Numbered from the stretch's first letter, positions 8,707 through 18,990 are shown. The stretch is 60,641 nt of DNA from Minisyncoccota bacterium (GCA_035652395.1 DASRDX010000009.1:1-60641); one strand, 5' to 3'. Program-made: numbers and translations. The notes: generated from the letters alone by a model not told the origin.

Positions 8707-9103
8707 GGGGATGCCAGGCATCGACAGCTGGTCAACTCTAATATGTGCAAAGTGGAGCACTCTGAACTCCTAAATCTCGGAGAAAGCCTAAGTGCAAAAA
8801 ACTTAGCATCGAGGATCTCACCGTATTTTACGGCTAAAGATTTTCAATTCGCCTACGCTTTAGCGTAAGTGACACCCGCGAAGAGGCCTTCCGTAACTCT
8901 TCCAGTGGTGTTATATCTTCGGAATAGGATCGCGCGAAGCCGAGCGCGCGAGCCCGAATAATTAACGGCTCGAGGAAAGAAGGTTTTGTTTGTTTCCGAC
9001 TTCTTTCGTCTAAATTGTCGCAAGACAAAGAAATAAACTAAACTTTGTAGATTCATTTTAGAAAATCAGTTGCACGCGCGTTCAATTCGCGCCATCTCCA
9101 CCA
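8707..9103 (+). ncRNA. ssrA: tmRNA
   Basis: 5' GGGGATG pairs with 3' CATCTCC-ACCA, including the G3:U Ala identity pair. TCGAC after the 5' stem; T-arm gcgcg-ttcaatt-cgcgc; internal tag ORF ending ..AYALA-stop; directly after smpB. Confidence 0.95.
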
Positions 9104-9111
9104 CTTAAAGA

Positions 9112-9141
9112 TTTAAAAGCCGCCGTAAGGCGGTTTTTAAA
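9112..9141 (+). terminator. tmRNA terminator
   Basis: tttaaaagccgcc-gtaa-ggcggtttttaaa (GNRA loop). Confidence 0.85.
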
Positions 9142-9177
9142 TTGGCGTCATTAACTTGTGATATAATCACCTTTTAA

Positions 9178-11130
9178 ATGCCTCCATACAACAATCAAAA
9201 ATCCAAAAAACCTCTAAAACCTTCGCGAAAGCGGGGTCCGTTGGGACGTTTACCGGGCGGACGCAGCCCTTTCTTCAATAATGTTCTGACTACCATCATT
9301 ATTTTTATTATTCTGATTACTGCTTACGCCTTTATTGCCGACAACAGCTCCGGTACCCCACCGGTAAGTATTTCTCAACTAGTTCAAGACATTAACGCTG
9401 GCAAAGTCAGTACCATTACCGTCAAGGGTGATAATTTGGAAATTGCTTACGTTGATAAGACTACCAAAGATGCTAAGAAGGAACCTGAAAGCTCTCTTTC
9501 GCAAACTCTAGTTAATTATGGAGTGGACAAAGCGGCTTTGGCCAACGTAGATATTCAGGAAAAAGAAGCCGGTGGCGTAACTTATTGGATTATAAATCTG
9601 GCTCCCTTCATTATTCCGGCTTTGTTTGTCATTTTCTTCTTGTGGCTTCTGTCGCGACAAGTAAAGGGCGCCGGCATGCAGGCTTTTACCTTCGGTCAAT
9701 CAAAAGCTCGACTTACTTCACCGACGGACAAAAAACAGCGGGTAACTTTTAAAGATGTGGCCGGGGCCAAAGAAGCCAAGGAAGAACTGGCAGAAATCGT
9801 AGACTTTTTGAAAAATCCCAAGAAATTTCTGGAAATTGGAGCCCGTATTCCTAAAGGTATTCTATTAATGGGTGCACCGGGTACTGGAAAGACTCTCTTG
9901 GCGCGAGCGGTGGCCGGCGAAGCCGGCGTAGCCTTTTTCTCTATTTCCGGCTCTGAATTCGTGGAAATGTTCGTTGGAGTCGGCGCTTCTCGTGTACGGG
10001 ATCTTTTCGGTTTAGCCAAGCAGGCTGCCCCCGCCATTATTTTCATGGATGAAATTGATGCGGTTGGACGGGTGCGAGGAACTGGAGTGGGTGGCGGCAA
10101 TGACGAGCGCGAGCAAACTCTTAATCAGATTTTGGTGGAGATGGACGGGTTTGAACCAAATGAAAAAGTTATTGTGATGGCAGCCACTAATCGTCCCGAT
10201 GTTTTGGATCCGGCCCTGCTTCGACCGGGCCGTTTTGATCGTCGAGTAACCATCGATTTGCCGGATAGGGAAGATCGAGAAGCCATTCTCAAAATTCATT
10301 CCAAAGAAAAACCTTTCGCCGAAGATGTAAATCTGAAAGTCATCGCCGAAAGAACCCCCGGTTTTTCCGGTGCTGATCTTTACTCACTAATGAATGAAGG
10401 AGCCATTTTGGCTGCGCGCGAAAATCGCACCAAAGTGTCCCAATATGATTTAATTCGTTCCATTGAAAAAGTGATGCTCGGTCCGGAGCGCCGCTCTCAC
10501 GTCCTAAATCAGAAAGAAAAAGAAATTACGGCCTATCATGAAGCCGGTCACGCTCTAGTTGCGTCAGTTTTGCCGTATGCGGATCCGGTTCATAAAGTTT
10601 CCATTATTTCTCGCGGTCGAGCTGCCGGTTACACTTTGAAACTACCGCTTGAGGAAAGAAAATTGCAGTCGAAAAATGAATTTTTGGATGATATTGCCGT
10701 TTCTCTTGGAGGTTATGTCGTAGAGAAAAATATTTTTGGCGATGTTACGACCGGTTCGTCAAACGATTTGCAAGTTTCAACTGCTTTGGCCCGAGAGATG
10801 GTAACTAAATATGGTATGTCAGAGAAGATTGGGGCCATGGCGCTTGAAGGAGCGGGAGGGCGCGCTATGTTTGGTCGGGGTTTGGATGAGAAAGAATATT
10901 CGGAGGCGGTAGGGGAGCAGATTGACGCGGAAGTTTCCCGCATTATGAAGGAGGCCTATGCGAAAACTGAAAAGATTATCAATGAAAAACGAGAAGCTCT
11001 AAATGCCATTGCTGAAGTTTTAATTGAGAAAGAAACTATTGAACGCGACGATTTTGAAAAGATCATCATCGCTCACGGCATTATTCCAAAAAAGAAGAAG
11101 GATATTGAACATCAGGACGCTATAATCTAG
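9178..11130 (+). CDS. ftsH: ATP-dependent zinc metalloprotease FtsH
   Basis: Two TM helices, Walker [24 protein letters not shown] zinc motif. Confidence 0.99.
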   Translation: MPPYNNQKSKKPLKPSRKRGPLGRLPGGRSPFFNNVLTTIIIFIILITAYAFIADNSSGTPPVSISQLVQDINAGKVSTITVKGDNLEIAYVDKTTKDAKKEPESSLSQTLVNYGVDKAALANVDIQEKEAGGVTYWIINLAPFIIPALFVIFFLWLLSRQVKGAGMQAFTFGQSKARLTSPTDKKQRVTFKDVAGAKEAKEELAEIVDFLKNPKKFLEIGARIPKGILLMGAPGTGKTLLARAVAGEAGVAFFSISGSEFVEMFVGVGASRVRDLFGLAKQAAPAIIFMDEIDAVGRVRGTGVGGGNDEREQTLNQILVEMDGFEPNEKVIVMAATNRPDVLDPALLRPGRFDRRVTIDLPDREDREAILKIHSKEKPFAEDVNLKVIAERTPGFSGADLYSLMNEGAILAARENRTKVSQYDLIRSIEKVMLGPERRSHVLNQKEKEITAYHEAGHALVASVLPYADPVHKVSIISRGRAAGYTLKLPLEERKLQSKNEFLDDIAVSLGGYVVEKNIFGDVTTGSSNDLQVSTALAREMVTKYGMSEKIGAMALEGAGGRAMFGRGLDEKEYSEAVGEQIDAEVSRIMKEAYAKTEKIINEKREALNAIAEVLIEKETIERDDFEKIIIAHGIIPKKKKDIEHQDAII

Positions 11131-11226
11131 ATTTGTAAGATTTTTTAAGGTAGCTCGTCTCATATTACTGAAGGATTTTGTTTCAATAATATTTATATTG
11201 CGCGGGCAAAATCTTTCAATAAGCCT

Positions 11227-11262
11227 ACCGAAAAATCCCCAGGAAACTGGGGATTTTTCGGT
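11227..11262. repeat. Perfect 16-bp hairpin with GAAA loop (terminator-like)
   Basis: accgaaaaatccccag-gaaa-ctggggatttttcggt, about 100 nt after ftsH. Confidence 0.75.
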
Positions 11263-11294
11263 GGTTGATTTTAATTTTTTCAGGGCTAATATAT

Positions 11295-11693
11295 ATGCCA
11301 GATATGAAATCTTTGGTCAGAGGACTCCAACGTCTTTACCAGTTATCTCACTCCTCCGATGAAGCCCAAAAACTTTCCACGACGGTAACCCTGGTTGATC
11401 AGCTTTTGGAAACAGAAGAGATTCCCTGGCAGTTAGAATCTTTAAAAAAGCCACAAGATTTTTCGGCGGAGTTCAAATTTTCGAAGCACAAAATTGATTA
11501 CTCGATTAAAATCAGTTTTTTCTTAATTGATCATCTCCCGAAAGGTCAATATGAGATCGAATTTCGTCGAAATAATCATCTCCTGTACCGAAAAAGCTTT
11601 ATCGCTGAAAATGCGAAAACTCTTTCTGAGAATCAGCTTATTCACAAACTGTGGCGGCTAAGTCAAAATGCTGCATTGGTTGCGTATGCCTGA
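11295..11693 (+). CDS. Hypothetical protein
   Basis: ORF filling the gap between ftsH and tRNA-Ile; first ATG at 11295; no recognisable motif. Confidence 0.5.
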   Translation: MPDMKSLVRGLQRLYQLSHSSDEAQKLSTTVTLVDQLLETEEIPWQLESLKKPQDFSAEFKFSKHKIDYSIKISFFLIDHLPKGQYEIEFRRNNHLLYRKSFIAENAKTLSENQLIHKLWRLSQNAALVAYA

Positions 11694-11761
11694 TTCACTC
11701 TGTTGCCAAACAGAGTTTTTATTTACCCCTCCCTCGGTGTGTATGTTTCATGAATTCTTTG

Positions 11762-11834
11762 TGCGAGTGCTAGGATTCGAACCTAGGACCGGGCGTGTAT
11801 AAGACGCCTGCTCTACCAGCTGAGCTACACTCGC
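11762..11834 (-). tRNA. tRNA-Ile with UAU anticodon
   Basis: Reverse complement folds into a full cloverleaf: GCGAGTG/CACTCGC acceptor, GGCGT-CTTATAC-ACGCC anticodon arm, TTCGAAT T-loop, discriminator A73. Confidence 0.92.
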
Positions 11835-11879
11835 ATCAAAATAGTATATATCACTCCCGTGGAAAACTATCCAAAATCT

Positions 11880-14054
11880 TTATTCAAAATGGATTTCCTT
11901 GGCTGCTTCAAGATGAGGATGAAGCAGCGGGTAATTTCTTAGCTCGGGGTCCTCTTCGATTAGGCGGCGCGCTTCGGTTCGCGCCGCTTCCACCATTTTA
12001 ATATTCTTAATGGCTTCCATAGCGATATCGGAAAGGCCCCATTGTTTTCTGCCGTAGAGTTCTCCGGCTCCGCGAAGCTGAAGATCCAATTCCGCCAATT
12101 CAAATCCGCTCTTGGCGCTTTTTAATGCTCGCAATCTTTCCAAAGTTTTCTGACTTCTACTTTCAGCGAAAACGAAACAGTATGCTTGGTGATTGCTGCG
12201 AATAATGCGGCCACGCAATTGATGCAGTTGTGCCAGCCCGAAACGCTCACCTCCCTCAATAATCATGACGGTGGCATTCGGCACATTTACTCCGACTTCC
12301 ACGACGGAGGTGGAGACTAAGATTTTTGTTTCGCCCGTTTCAAACTTCTTCATCACTTCATCTTTAGCCTTCGGAGTCATCTTGCTATGAAGCACGTCAA
12401 TACTAAATTCCGGAAAGACTTCTTTTTTCAGTCGGGTCGCTTCTGCTTTGGCCGATTTGGCAATTAAAGCCTGTTCTTTTTCCGGATCGGGCTCATTAAT
12501 GCGCGGACAAATGACATAACATTGACGGCCGCTTTCGAGCTCATTGCGGACCTTCTCGTAAACATTTTCCCGTTTATTCGGTAAGACAATTTCCGTCATA
12601 ACCGGCTTTCGTCCTGCCGGCATTTCATCCAGAAGTGAAAGATCCAGATCCCCGTAAATGGTCAAAGCTAAAGTGCGGGGAATGGGAGTAGCCGTCATTG
12701 ATAAAAGATGTGGAACGATTTGGTCAACCGAGCCCTCTCGCTGACGCAACTTTCGTCGCTGGGCCGTCCCAAAACGATGTTGTTCGTCAATAATGACATA
12801 AGCCAGATTTTTAAATTTCACTGACTTTTGAATGAGTGCGTGAGTGCCGACCAAAATTGGAATTTCGCCGTTTGCCACCCATTTTAAAAGCTGGGCGCGG
12901 GAAATGTTAGTGTAGCCGCTCGGATTTACTTTTGACGGAAACTTAAAACAGCCGCTGCCAGTAATTAAACCAATATTTATTCCAAGATGGGCAAAATATT
13001 TAATGAAAGATTCAAAGTGCTGCTTGGCTAAGATCTCCGTTGGTACCATGTAAGCGGTCTGGAGATTACCGAAATCACCAGAGCGGCCTTCGGCCGGTCT
13101 GGTAACCGTCACCGCGTAGACACTGGTAGCGGCTACGGCAGTTTTGCCAGAGCCGACATCACCTTCAAGAAGTCGCGACATCGGTTGCCCACTCTGAAAA
13201 TCTTTTAAAATATCGGCAATCACCCGCTTTTGAGCGGCAGTTTCCTTGAAAGGGAAGCGGGAAGTGAAGCTTTCAATACTCTTCACACTTTCACTAATGA
13301 CAAAAGCCTGTGATTTCTCCTGTTCTTTTCTTTCTTTTTGTTTACCAAGCTGAATGTAGAAGACTTCTTCAAAAGAAAAAAGTTTGCGAGCGGCCAGAGC
13401 ATCAGAGGCGCGCTGCGGAGTATGGATGAAAATGAAGGATGATTTTAATTTCGGCAGATTGTACCTTTCCAGAATTTCATTTGGAATCGGATCTTCCAGT
13501 GAATCCAGAATTCCAGTCTTAAAAACTTTCTGAAGTGCATGATAGAACCAATTAGAACTGATGCCGCGACTCTCTGGATAGACTGGATAAAGAGTATGAA
13601 TTTCTCCACCCTCACCAAAAAGAGAATCACCGACGGCTGTTGGCAATTTGGAAACCGTCTCAATCTTGGGATTGCTAAGATATAACTCACCTTTGCGCTC
13701 GGTAACTTTGCCCTCTACTCGAACCAACGCTCCTTCGGCAATCATCTTGGCTAAATATGGCTGATAAAACCAGACAATTTTTATTCGACCGGTTTCGTCG
13801 GCCACATATGCTTCGGCCATCGGAATTTTTTTCCGGAAGGCCTTGCTGGTTTTAAGAGAGCTGATCTGGCCAAAGACAACAGCTTGCTCACCTTTTTCCA
13901 GATCGCTGACATTTTTCATCTCGCTGGTGTCTCCGTACCGAGCGGGGAAATGATAGAGCAAATCCATAATGGTTTTGAGACCAAGTTTTTTCAGAGCAGA
14001 TTTTTGAACTGGAGTGAGGCGAAAGGTTTCCTCAATCAGAGATTCGGGCTGCAT
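11880..14054 (-). CDS. recG: ATP-dependent DNA helicase RecG
   Basis: OB wedge domain, GDVGSGKT, DEQHRFG, MTATPIPRTL, QLRGR, RGAGEL. Confidence 0.98.
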   Translation of the reverse strand: MQPESLIEETFRLTPVQKSALKKLGLKTIMDLLYHFPARYGDTSEMKNVSDLEKGEQAVVFGQISSLKTSKAFRKKIPMAEAYVADETGRIKIVWFYQPYLAKMIAEGALVRVEGKVTERKGELYLSNPKIETVSKLPTAVGDSLFGEGGEIHTLYPVYPESRGISSNWFYHALQKVFKTGILDSLEDPIPNEILERYNLPKLKSSFIFIHTPQRASDALAARKLFSFEEVFYIQLGKQKERKEQEKSQAFVISESVKSIESFTSRFPFKETAAQKRVIADILKDFQSGQPMSRLLEGDVGSGKTAVAATSVYAVTVTRPAEGRSGDFGNLQTAYMVPTEILAKQHFESFIKYFAHLGINIGLITGSGCFKFPSKVNPSGYTNISRAQLLKWVANGEIPILVGTHALIQKSVKFKNLAYVIIDEQHRFGTAQRRKLRQREGSVDQIVPHLLSMTATPIPRTLALTIYGDLDLSLLDEMPAGRKPVMTEIVLPNKRENVYEKVRNELESGRQCYVICPRINEPDPEKEQALIAKSAKAEATRLKKEVFPEFSIDVLHSKMTPKAKDEVMKKFETGETKILVSTSVVEVGVNVPNATVMIIEGGERFGLAQLHQLRGRIIRSNHQAYCFVFAESRSQKTLERLRALKSAKSGFELAELDLQLRGAGELYGRKQWGLSDIAMEAIKNIKMVEAARTEARRLIEEDPELRNYPLLHPHLEAAKEIHFE

Positions 14055-14058
14055 CTCC

Positions 14059-14451
14059 TCATTCTAACCGATTTTTATGAATGAAGCGGGGGTAACTTAA
14101 GACACACAGAGACAGAGAGATTCCCAAGATCGGTACGTTTCTGAAGAGAACGTCAAATTGATGGAAATTAAAAATGAGGCTGCCGAAAAGATAGAGCGAG
14201 GCCACCACACTAGGAATGAAAAGCTTGCGCCCCCAGAGAAACCAAGCGGCAATGATTAATTCTGAAAGACCGAATAGATTTAAGACAACTGAGTCAGAGA
14301 AATGTTCGCGAATAAAATTCGGGAAGTAGCCGATCCAGTCAAACGGGTGAAGATAGCCAAGCAGAGCAGCATAAACAAAAGCAAAGGCTAAAGAAATCCT
14401 TAAAATTAAATCGGTGAGATGCTGGCGGGCAGGGGTAAAGTGTCTTTTCAT
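14059..14451 (-). CDS. DoxX-like small membrane protein
   Basis: Four TM segments, LILRISLAF.. start, FRNVPILG. The supplied longer ORF reads through the palindrome at 14460, so I prefer ATG 14451. Confidence 0.65.
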   Translation of the reverse strand: MKRHFTPARQHLTDLILRISLAFAFVYAALLGYLHPFDWIGYFPNFIREHFSDSVVLNLFGLSELIIAAWFLWGRKLFIPSVVASLYLFGSLIFNFHQFDVLFRNVPILGISLSLCVLSYPRFIHKNRLE

Positions 14452-14459
14452 AGGGAAAG

Positions 14460-14494
14460 GAAAGGCCGGTCCCGCGAAGCGGGACCGGCCTTTC
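14460..14494. repeat. Perfect 16-bp palindrome with GCGAAGC core
   Basis: gaaaggccggtcccgc-gaa-gcgggaccggcctttc between two co-oriented genes. Confidence 0.9.
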
Positions 14495-14499
14495 ATCAA

Positions 14500-14727
14500 T
14501 TAATGAGTAGTGGTGGCGTTAGAACCACTTGATGTGGCGGCCGTTAATGTAGTAGTGGAAGTAGTTGTGCTGTTAGTAATAACCAGCGGAAATGGGTTTT
14601 GCTCGGAAGTATCGGTATTTGAGTTTTCAATGACGGTATAGTTATTTTTATTGCTGACAGCAAAGAAAATTCCCAAACCAGCAATAATAATGACGGCCAC
14701 AATTAAAACATATTGTCTGGAAGTCAT
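14500..14727 (-). CDS. Small single-TM protein with Thr/Ser-rich tail
   Basis: N-terminal TM helix; TGcTAGGAT -10 box 6 nt upstream of the ATG. Confidence 0.65.
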   Translation of the reverse strand: MTSRQYVLIVAVIIIAGLGIFFAVSNKNNYTVIENSNTDTSEQNPFPLVITNSTTTSTTTLTAATSSGSNATTTH

Positions 14728-14787
14728 AAATAAATCCTAGCAGGAAGATGAAGAGAAGGCAATCACAATACATTCACTATCAATGGA

Positions 14788-15663
14788 TCATTTTGGGACA
14801 TTGGTTTTTAGCTCCCAGATATTCCAAGATAACTGTTTTTGAACACTTTCCTCATTTAAGCCGATCTTAGCCGATTGAATATCTCCCGCCGTTTCCTTAA
14901 GGGTTTGAATATTAAATTCAAATCCAAGATCTGTAAAAAATTTTTTTGCATCATCTAGATCAATAAAAGCGTTACTTGCGTAATCTCTGCCTGTACGTTT
15001 TTTGATTTCTTCCAATGCTTCTTTACGTTTCCCGCCGGTATTCAGTTTTTCCATATCACTTAATGTAAAAATGTCTGGAGTTATCCAAATACCGCCTCGA
15101 TCAATCAAGACTTCTCGAATAATAGTTGCCATTTTTTCTTTTTCTTCTCGATTAAAATAAGCAACTAATCCCTCGTGCCCAATAACAATTGGGCCTGAGG
15201 GAAACTGTTCAATCACTTTCTTAAAAGAATTCTTATCTAAAACGTTTAATTCTGCAAAATGTAAATTGGGTGGGATCTTTATTCCCTTACCTTTCACCAA
15301 CTCGGCCAAGACCGCTTTCTTCTGCCGAAGCATGTCAGGTAAGTCTGTTTCTATGTAATTGACCAAAGAATCTTGAGTGAGTAACAAATCTCTAGGGCTA
15401 ACTCCAGAAGCAAGTTCGAGAATATTTTTAATACCACTTTTTTTGATAAGATTGCTCAGGGCTTTAAAACGTCCTTCGAAATATGGGGACATTCTTTCGT
15501 GAATTTCAGCATTCTCTGGAGTTAAATTGCTAGCATCACAAATTTTAGAAATTTCCGCTGAGTAAGGAATATCCGAGAAGGTGCGTGCATAAGCTACTCC
15601 GATAGCGGTGTAGCTTATTTTCTCATGCTGGCCAGCTATCTCAGACTCCGGAGGTTTTTCCAT
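14788..15663 (-). CDS. SAM-dependent methyltransferase (leucine-carboxyl-methyltransferase-like)
   Basis: ISYTAIGVAYAR, ILELASGVSPR (motif I), YIETDLP, HEGLVAYF; AT-rich; directly downstream of tRNA-Ser. Confidence 0.75.
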   Translation of the reverse strand: MEKPPESEIAGQHEKISYTAIGVAYARTFSDIPYSAEISKICDASNLTPENAEIHERMSPYFEGRFKALSNLIKKSGIKNILELASGVSPRDLLLTQDSLVNYIETDLPDMLRQKKAVLAELVKGKGIKIPPNLHFAELNVLDKNSFKKVIEQFPSGPIVIGHEGLVAYFNREEKEKMATIIREVLIDRGGIWITPDIFTLSDMEKLNTGGKRKEALEEIKKRTGRDYASNAFIDLDDAKKFFTDLGFEFNIQTLKETAGDIQSAKIGLNEESVQKQLSWNIWELKTNVPK

Positions 15664-15705
15664 ATTTAAGTTTTATAAACTGAATTTATAATATATCTTT
15701 CTGAG

Positions 15706-15792
15706 CGGAGACGGTGGGATTCGAACCCACGAGAGCTTTTAGACCCTACCTCGTTAGCAGTGAGGCGCTTTCGACCACTCAGCCACGTCTCC
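15706..15792 (-). tRNA. tRNA-Ser(GCU)
   Basis: GGAGACG/CGTCTCC acceptor, CCTCA-CTGCTAA-CGAGG anticodon arm, long variable arm, G73. Confidence 0.95.
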
Positions 15793-15821
15793 AATAGGCG
15801 ATACTCTAACATATTATAAGT

Positions 15822-16490
15822 TTAATGTGCCACTGATATTGCAATAATATTTCGCGCTTCCACTTTTTCCAGAGTCTTCTGAGCTTCCGTGAAAGTGGCG
15901 CCTGTTGTAGTCACATCATCTAATAGAATGATGTTGCGGTGGCGGATTCTTTCTGGGGTGGTTACGTGCAAGCAACCTTTTAAGTTTTGGAGCCGCAAAG
16001 TTCGCGGGAGCGAACTTTGCGGCTTCGTTTCTTTGATTTTTGTCAAGACATTTGTCAAGAGTTCAAAGTTCTGACCACCATCAATGCGAGTTAATTCTTG
16101 GGCTAGATTTTCCGTTTGATTGTAGCCGCGCGAGCGAAGGCGCTCGGCTGAAAGAGGAATGGGAATGAGAAGCGGTTTTTGAAAGTCTTCAAAAACCGCC
16201 CGATCCATTAATTCTTCCAATAAACCCGAATAAATTACTTCTGCCAGCAGCCTACTAATTTTTGAATGATTTCGGTATTTAATCTGCCAGATAGCCGTTC
16301 TGACTAAAGGATCTCGATAACTAAAGAATGGCCGAATATTTATTGGCAGATTGGAGCAGTCGGCCCGACTCAACTTCCGGGCCGACTGACAAAACTCCAC
16401 CGCACTCATCTCTTCCAGCTTTTTCAAATCCGAGGTGCGCGGGAGACAAAAATCAAGAAGATTTCGCCAGAGGATAAGGGCTTTTTCCAC
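15822..16490 (-). CDS. comF: ComF family competence protein (PRTase fold)
   Basis: IPIPLS..RGYNQ, R..NLKG, IILLDDVTTTGAT. Confidence 0.92.
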   Translation of the reverse strand: MEKALILWRNLLDFCLPRTSDLKKLEEMSAVEFCQSARKLSRADCSNLPINIRPFFSYRDPLVRTAIWQIKYRNHSKISRLLAEVIYSGLLEELMDRAVFEDFQKPLLIPIPLSAERLRSRGYNQTENLAQELTRIDGGQNFELLTNVLTKIKETKPQSSLPRTLRLQNLKGCLHVTTPERIRHRNIILLDDVTTTGATFTEAQKTLEKVEARNIIAISVAH

Positions 16491-16561
16491 CAGCTTATTT
16501 TGGCTAAAAAGGCCTAAAATTCTGTCTAAAAACAGATAAAATGATATAATAAACTATTCTG

Positions 16562-17674
16562 ATGGATAATCCGTTTAAAAACCTACTCAAAAAAACTGAA
16601 GAGAGTGTTCTTGGCATTGATATCGGCACTTCCGCCATTAAAGTGGTGCAATTGCGTAACAAAAAAGGCCGAGCCGTTCTCGAAACTTACGGAGAGCTTT
16701 CTCTCGGTCCTTACGCCGGACTTTCTATCGGCCAAGTAACCAACTTGCCGCCGGAGAAGCTCAGCGAAGCTATTACCGACGTTTTAAAAGAGGCCAACAC
16801 TTCTACCACTAACGCCGGCATTTCCATTCCATTTCGATCAAGCCTTGTCACCTTGATGGAACTTCCTCCGGTCTCTTCCAAAAAACTGGATGAGATGATT
16901 CCTCTTGAGGCCAGAAAATATATTCCGGTGCCAATTTCCGAAGTGACCCTGGACTGGTGGGTGATTCCGAAAGAATCCAACATTGAGATTGATGATGAAT
17001 CTAAACCGGAAGAAGAAAAACATAAAACCGATGTGCTAGTAGTTTCAATTCATAATGAAGTGTTGAATTCCTACAACAGCATCGTTAAGTCCGCCAACTT
17101 AAATGCCAGCTTCTTTGAAATTGAAATGTTCAGCGCCGCTCGCTCGCTTCTTGATCAGGAACCGACAGCAAGCATGATTTTTGACATGGGAGCTTCTTCC
17201 ACCAAAGTTTATCTTGTCGACCATGGAGTGATCAAAAATTCTCACATCATTAATAAAGGCTCGCAGGACATCACCCAGAGTATTTCCAAAGGAATGAATT
17301 TGCCGGTGGCCCGGGCAGAGCATATAAAACGAAACTTGGGAGACAATACTTTAAAACCGGAGGATCAAAAGGGTATTACCGAAATGATCTCGCTTACCTT
17401 GGACTACATTTTTTCCGAGGCTAATAGTGTTCTTTTAAGTTTTCAAAAAAAATATCAGAAAACAGTCGGCAAAGTTATTTTGACTGGCGGTGGAGTGGCC
17501 ATGCAGGGATTTTATGAGCTGGCCAAAGCAAACTTTCAAACTGAAGTTGTGGTGGGAGAGCCGTTCGCCAAAGTGGAAGCGCCGGCCTTTCTTGAAGAAG
17601 TTTTGAAGGCGACCGGATTGGAATTTGCGGTAGCAGTAGGGATTGCTTTGCGAAAATTGCAGGAAATAGAGTAG
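16562..17674 (+). CDS. pilM: Type IV pilus assembly protein PilM
   Basis: Actin-like LGIDIGTSAIKVV, DMGASST, ILTGGG, FAVAVGIALR. Confidence 0.93.
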   Translation: MDNPFKNLLKKTEESVLGIDIGTSAIKVVQLRNKKGRAVLETYGELSLGPYAGLSIGQVTNLPPEKLSEAITDVLKEANTSTTNAGISIPFRSSLVTLMELPPVSSKKLDEMIPLEARKYIPVPISEVTLDWWVIPKESNIEIDDESKPEEEKHKTDVLVVSIHNEVLNSYNSIVKSANLNASFFEIEMFSAARSLLDQEPTASMIFDMGASSTKVYLVDHGVIKNSHIINKGSQDITQSISKGMNLPVARAEHIKRNLGDNTLKPEDQKGITEMISLTLDYIFSEANSVLLSFQKKYQKTVGKVILTGGGVAMQGFYELAKANFQTEVVVGEPFAKVEAPAFLEEVLKATGLEFAVAVGIALRKLQEIE

Positions 17675-17797
17675 ATTTCAAAACCACACAGCTCTGTCAT
17701 TGGGGCCGAATTGGTTTAAAACCCCGCCTTTTTTCAGGCGCTTAGACTTTAAGACTGAAAGTTGATACAATTAATATGAATTTTAGCATCAACTTCG

Positions 17798-18451
17798 ATG
17801 GTCGAAAGTAAATTTCAAACATCTTTCATACCAAAAAAACCGATTGATACCGGTCCGCGCAATAGTTCCCGCGGAGGACCGAGCCTCCTTCGGTTGATTG
17901 CCATTTTAATTTTGTTAATAAGCTTGGTGGCTTGGGGAGGCGTCTTTCTTTACAAGGTTTACCTGAACAATAAAATCCAGAATGACACCGAAAGCCTTCA
18001 GAACAGCCAGAAGGAATTCGACTTGAAAACCGTTACTACTCTTACCCGCCTGAGTGATCGCCTGACAAACGCTCAAAATCTTTTAAATAATCACATTGCC
18101 ACTTCTAAGATCTTTGATGAATTGGAAGCCAATACTTTAAAGAATGTCCGCTTTACCGATTTTAATTTAAGCGCTTCAAATGCCAATGCCGGCGAACTGA
18201 CACTCACTCTAAAGGGTCAGGCCACCGCTTATGCCGATGTAGCTAGTCAGTCGGATGTCTTCGATCAGAACCCCGACTTCAAAAATCCCATCTTTTCCAA
18301 TCTGGATTTGGATGGCAGCGGTCGAGTAGTTTTCAGCGTTACCACCAATCTGGATCGAAAGAGCTTTCTTTATACAAATGGAGCAAATCTCGGTACTGAA
18401 AGCAGTGCGCCGGCCGCAGCGGCAAATACTAATAGTCCATTTAATCAATAA
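17798..18451 (+). CDS. pilN: PilN-like pilus alignment protein
   Basis: FQTSFIPKK N-terminal motif, single TM, coiled coil; position after pilM. Confidence 0.7.
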   Translation: MVESKFQTSFIPKKPIDTGPRNSSRGGPSLLRLIAILILLISLVAWGGVFLYKVYLNNKIQNDTESLQNSQKEFDLKTVTTLTRLSDRLTNAQNLLNNHIATSKIFDELEANTLKNVRFTDFNLSASNANAGELTLTLKGQATAYADVASQSDVFDQNPDFKNPIFSNLDLDGSGRVVFSVTTNLDRKSFLYTNGANLGTESSAPAAAANTNSPFNQ

Positions 18452-18453
18452 TC

Positions 18454-18990
18454 ATGCGCGGATTTATTTCAATCATTCTCATATTGGCAGCTGGCGCAGT
18501 CTTTTACTTTGGAGTTGACCCACTCTATCAGAGCGCCAAACTGCTCAAAGCTGAATCAACTCAATATAGTGAAGCCCTTAATAATTCTTCGGCTCTTCGA
18601 CAGGTTCGTAACAATCTAGTAGCCAAATACAATGCTTTTGATAAGGCTTCAATTGATCGCCTGCAGAAACTGTTGCCGGACTCCGTCGATAACATCCGCC
18701 TGATTTTGGATATGAACGGCATTGCCGCTAAATATGGCATGAGTTTGAAGAATATTAAGATTTCCCAACTCCAAACCATTAATAGCACTCCGGGAACCGG
18801 GGCCAATCCAGTCGGCTCAATCCAGCTCTCATTTTCCGTCATTAGTCCTTACGAAAACCTCCAGCCATTTTTGAAAGATCTGGAAAGCAGTTTGAGATTA
18901 GTGGATGTAACCAATCTTTCTTTTACTCCGAACGATCAGACGGGCACCTACGCTTATAACGTTACCCTTCAAACGTACTGGTTAAAATAA
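18454..18990 (+). CDS. pilO: PilO-like pilus alignment protein
   Basis: TM helix, coiled coil, LLPD..DNIRL, FLKDLESSLRLVDV. Confidence 0.75.
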   Translation: MRGFISIILILAAGAVFYFGVDPLYQSAKLLKAESTQYSEALNNSSALRQVRNNLVAKYNAFDKASIDRLQKLLPDSVDNIRLILDMNGIAAKYGMSLKNIKISQLQTINSTPGTGANPVGSIQLSFSVISPYENLQPFLKDLESSLRLVDVTNLSFTPNDQTGTYAYNVTLQTYWLK

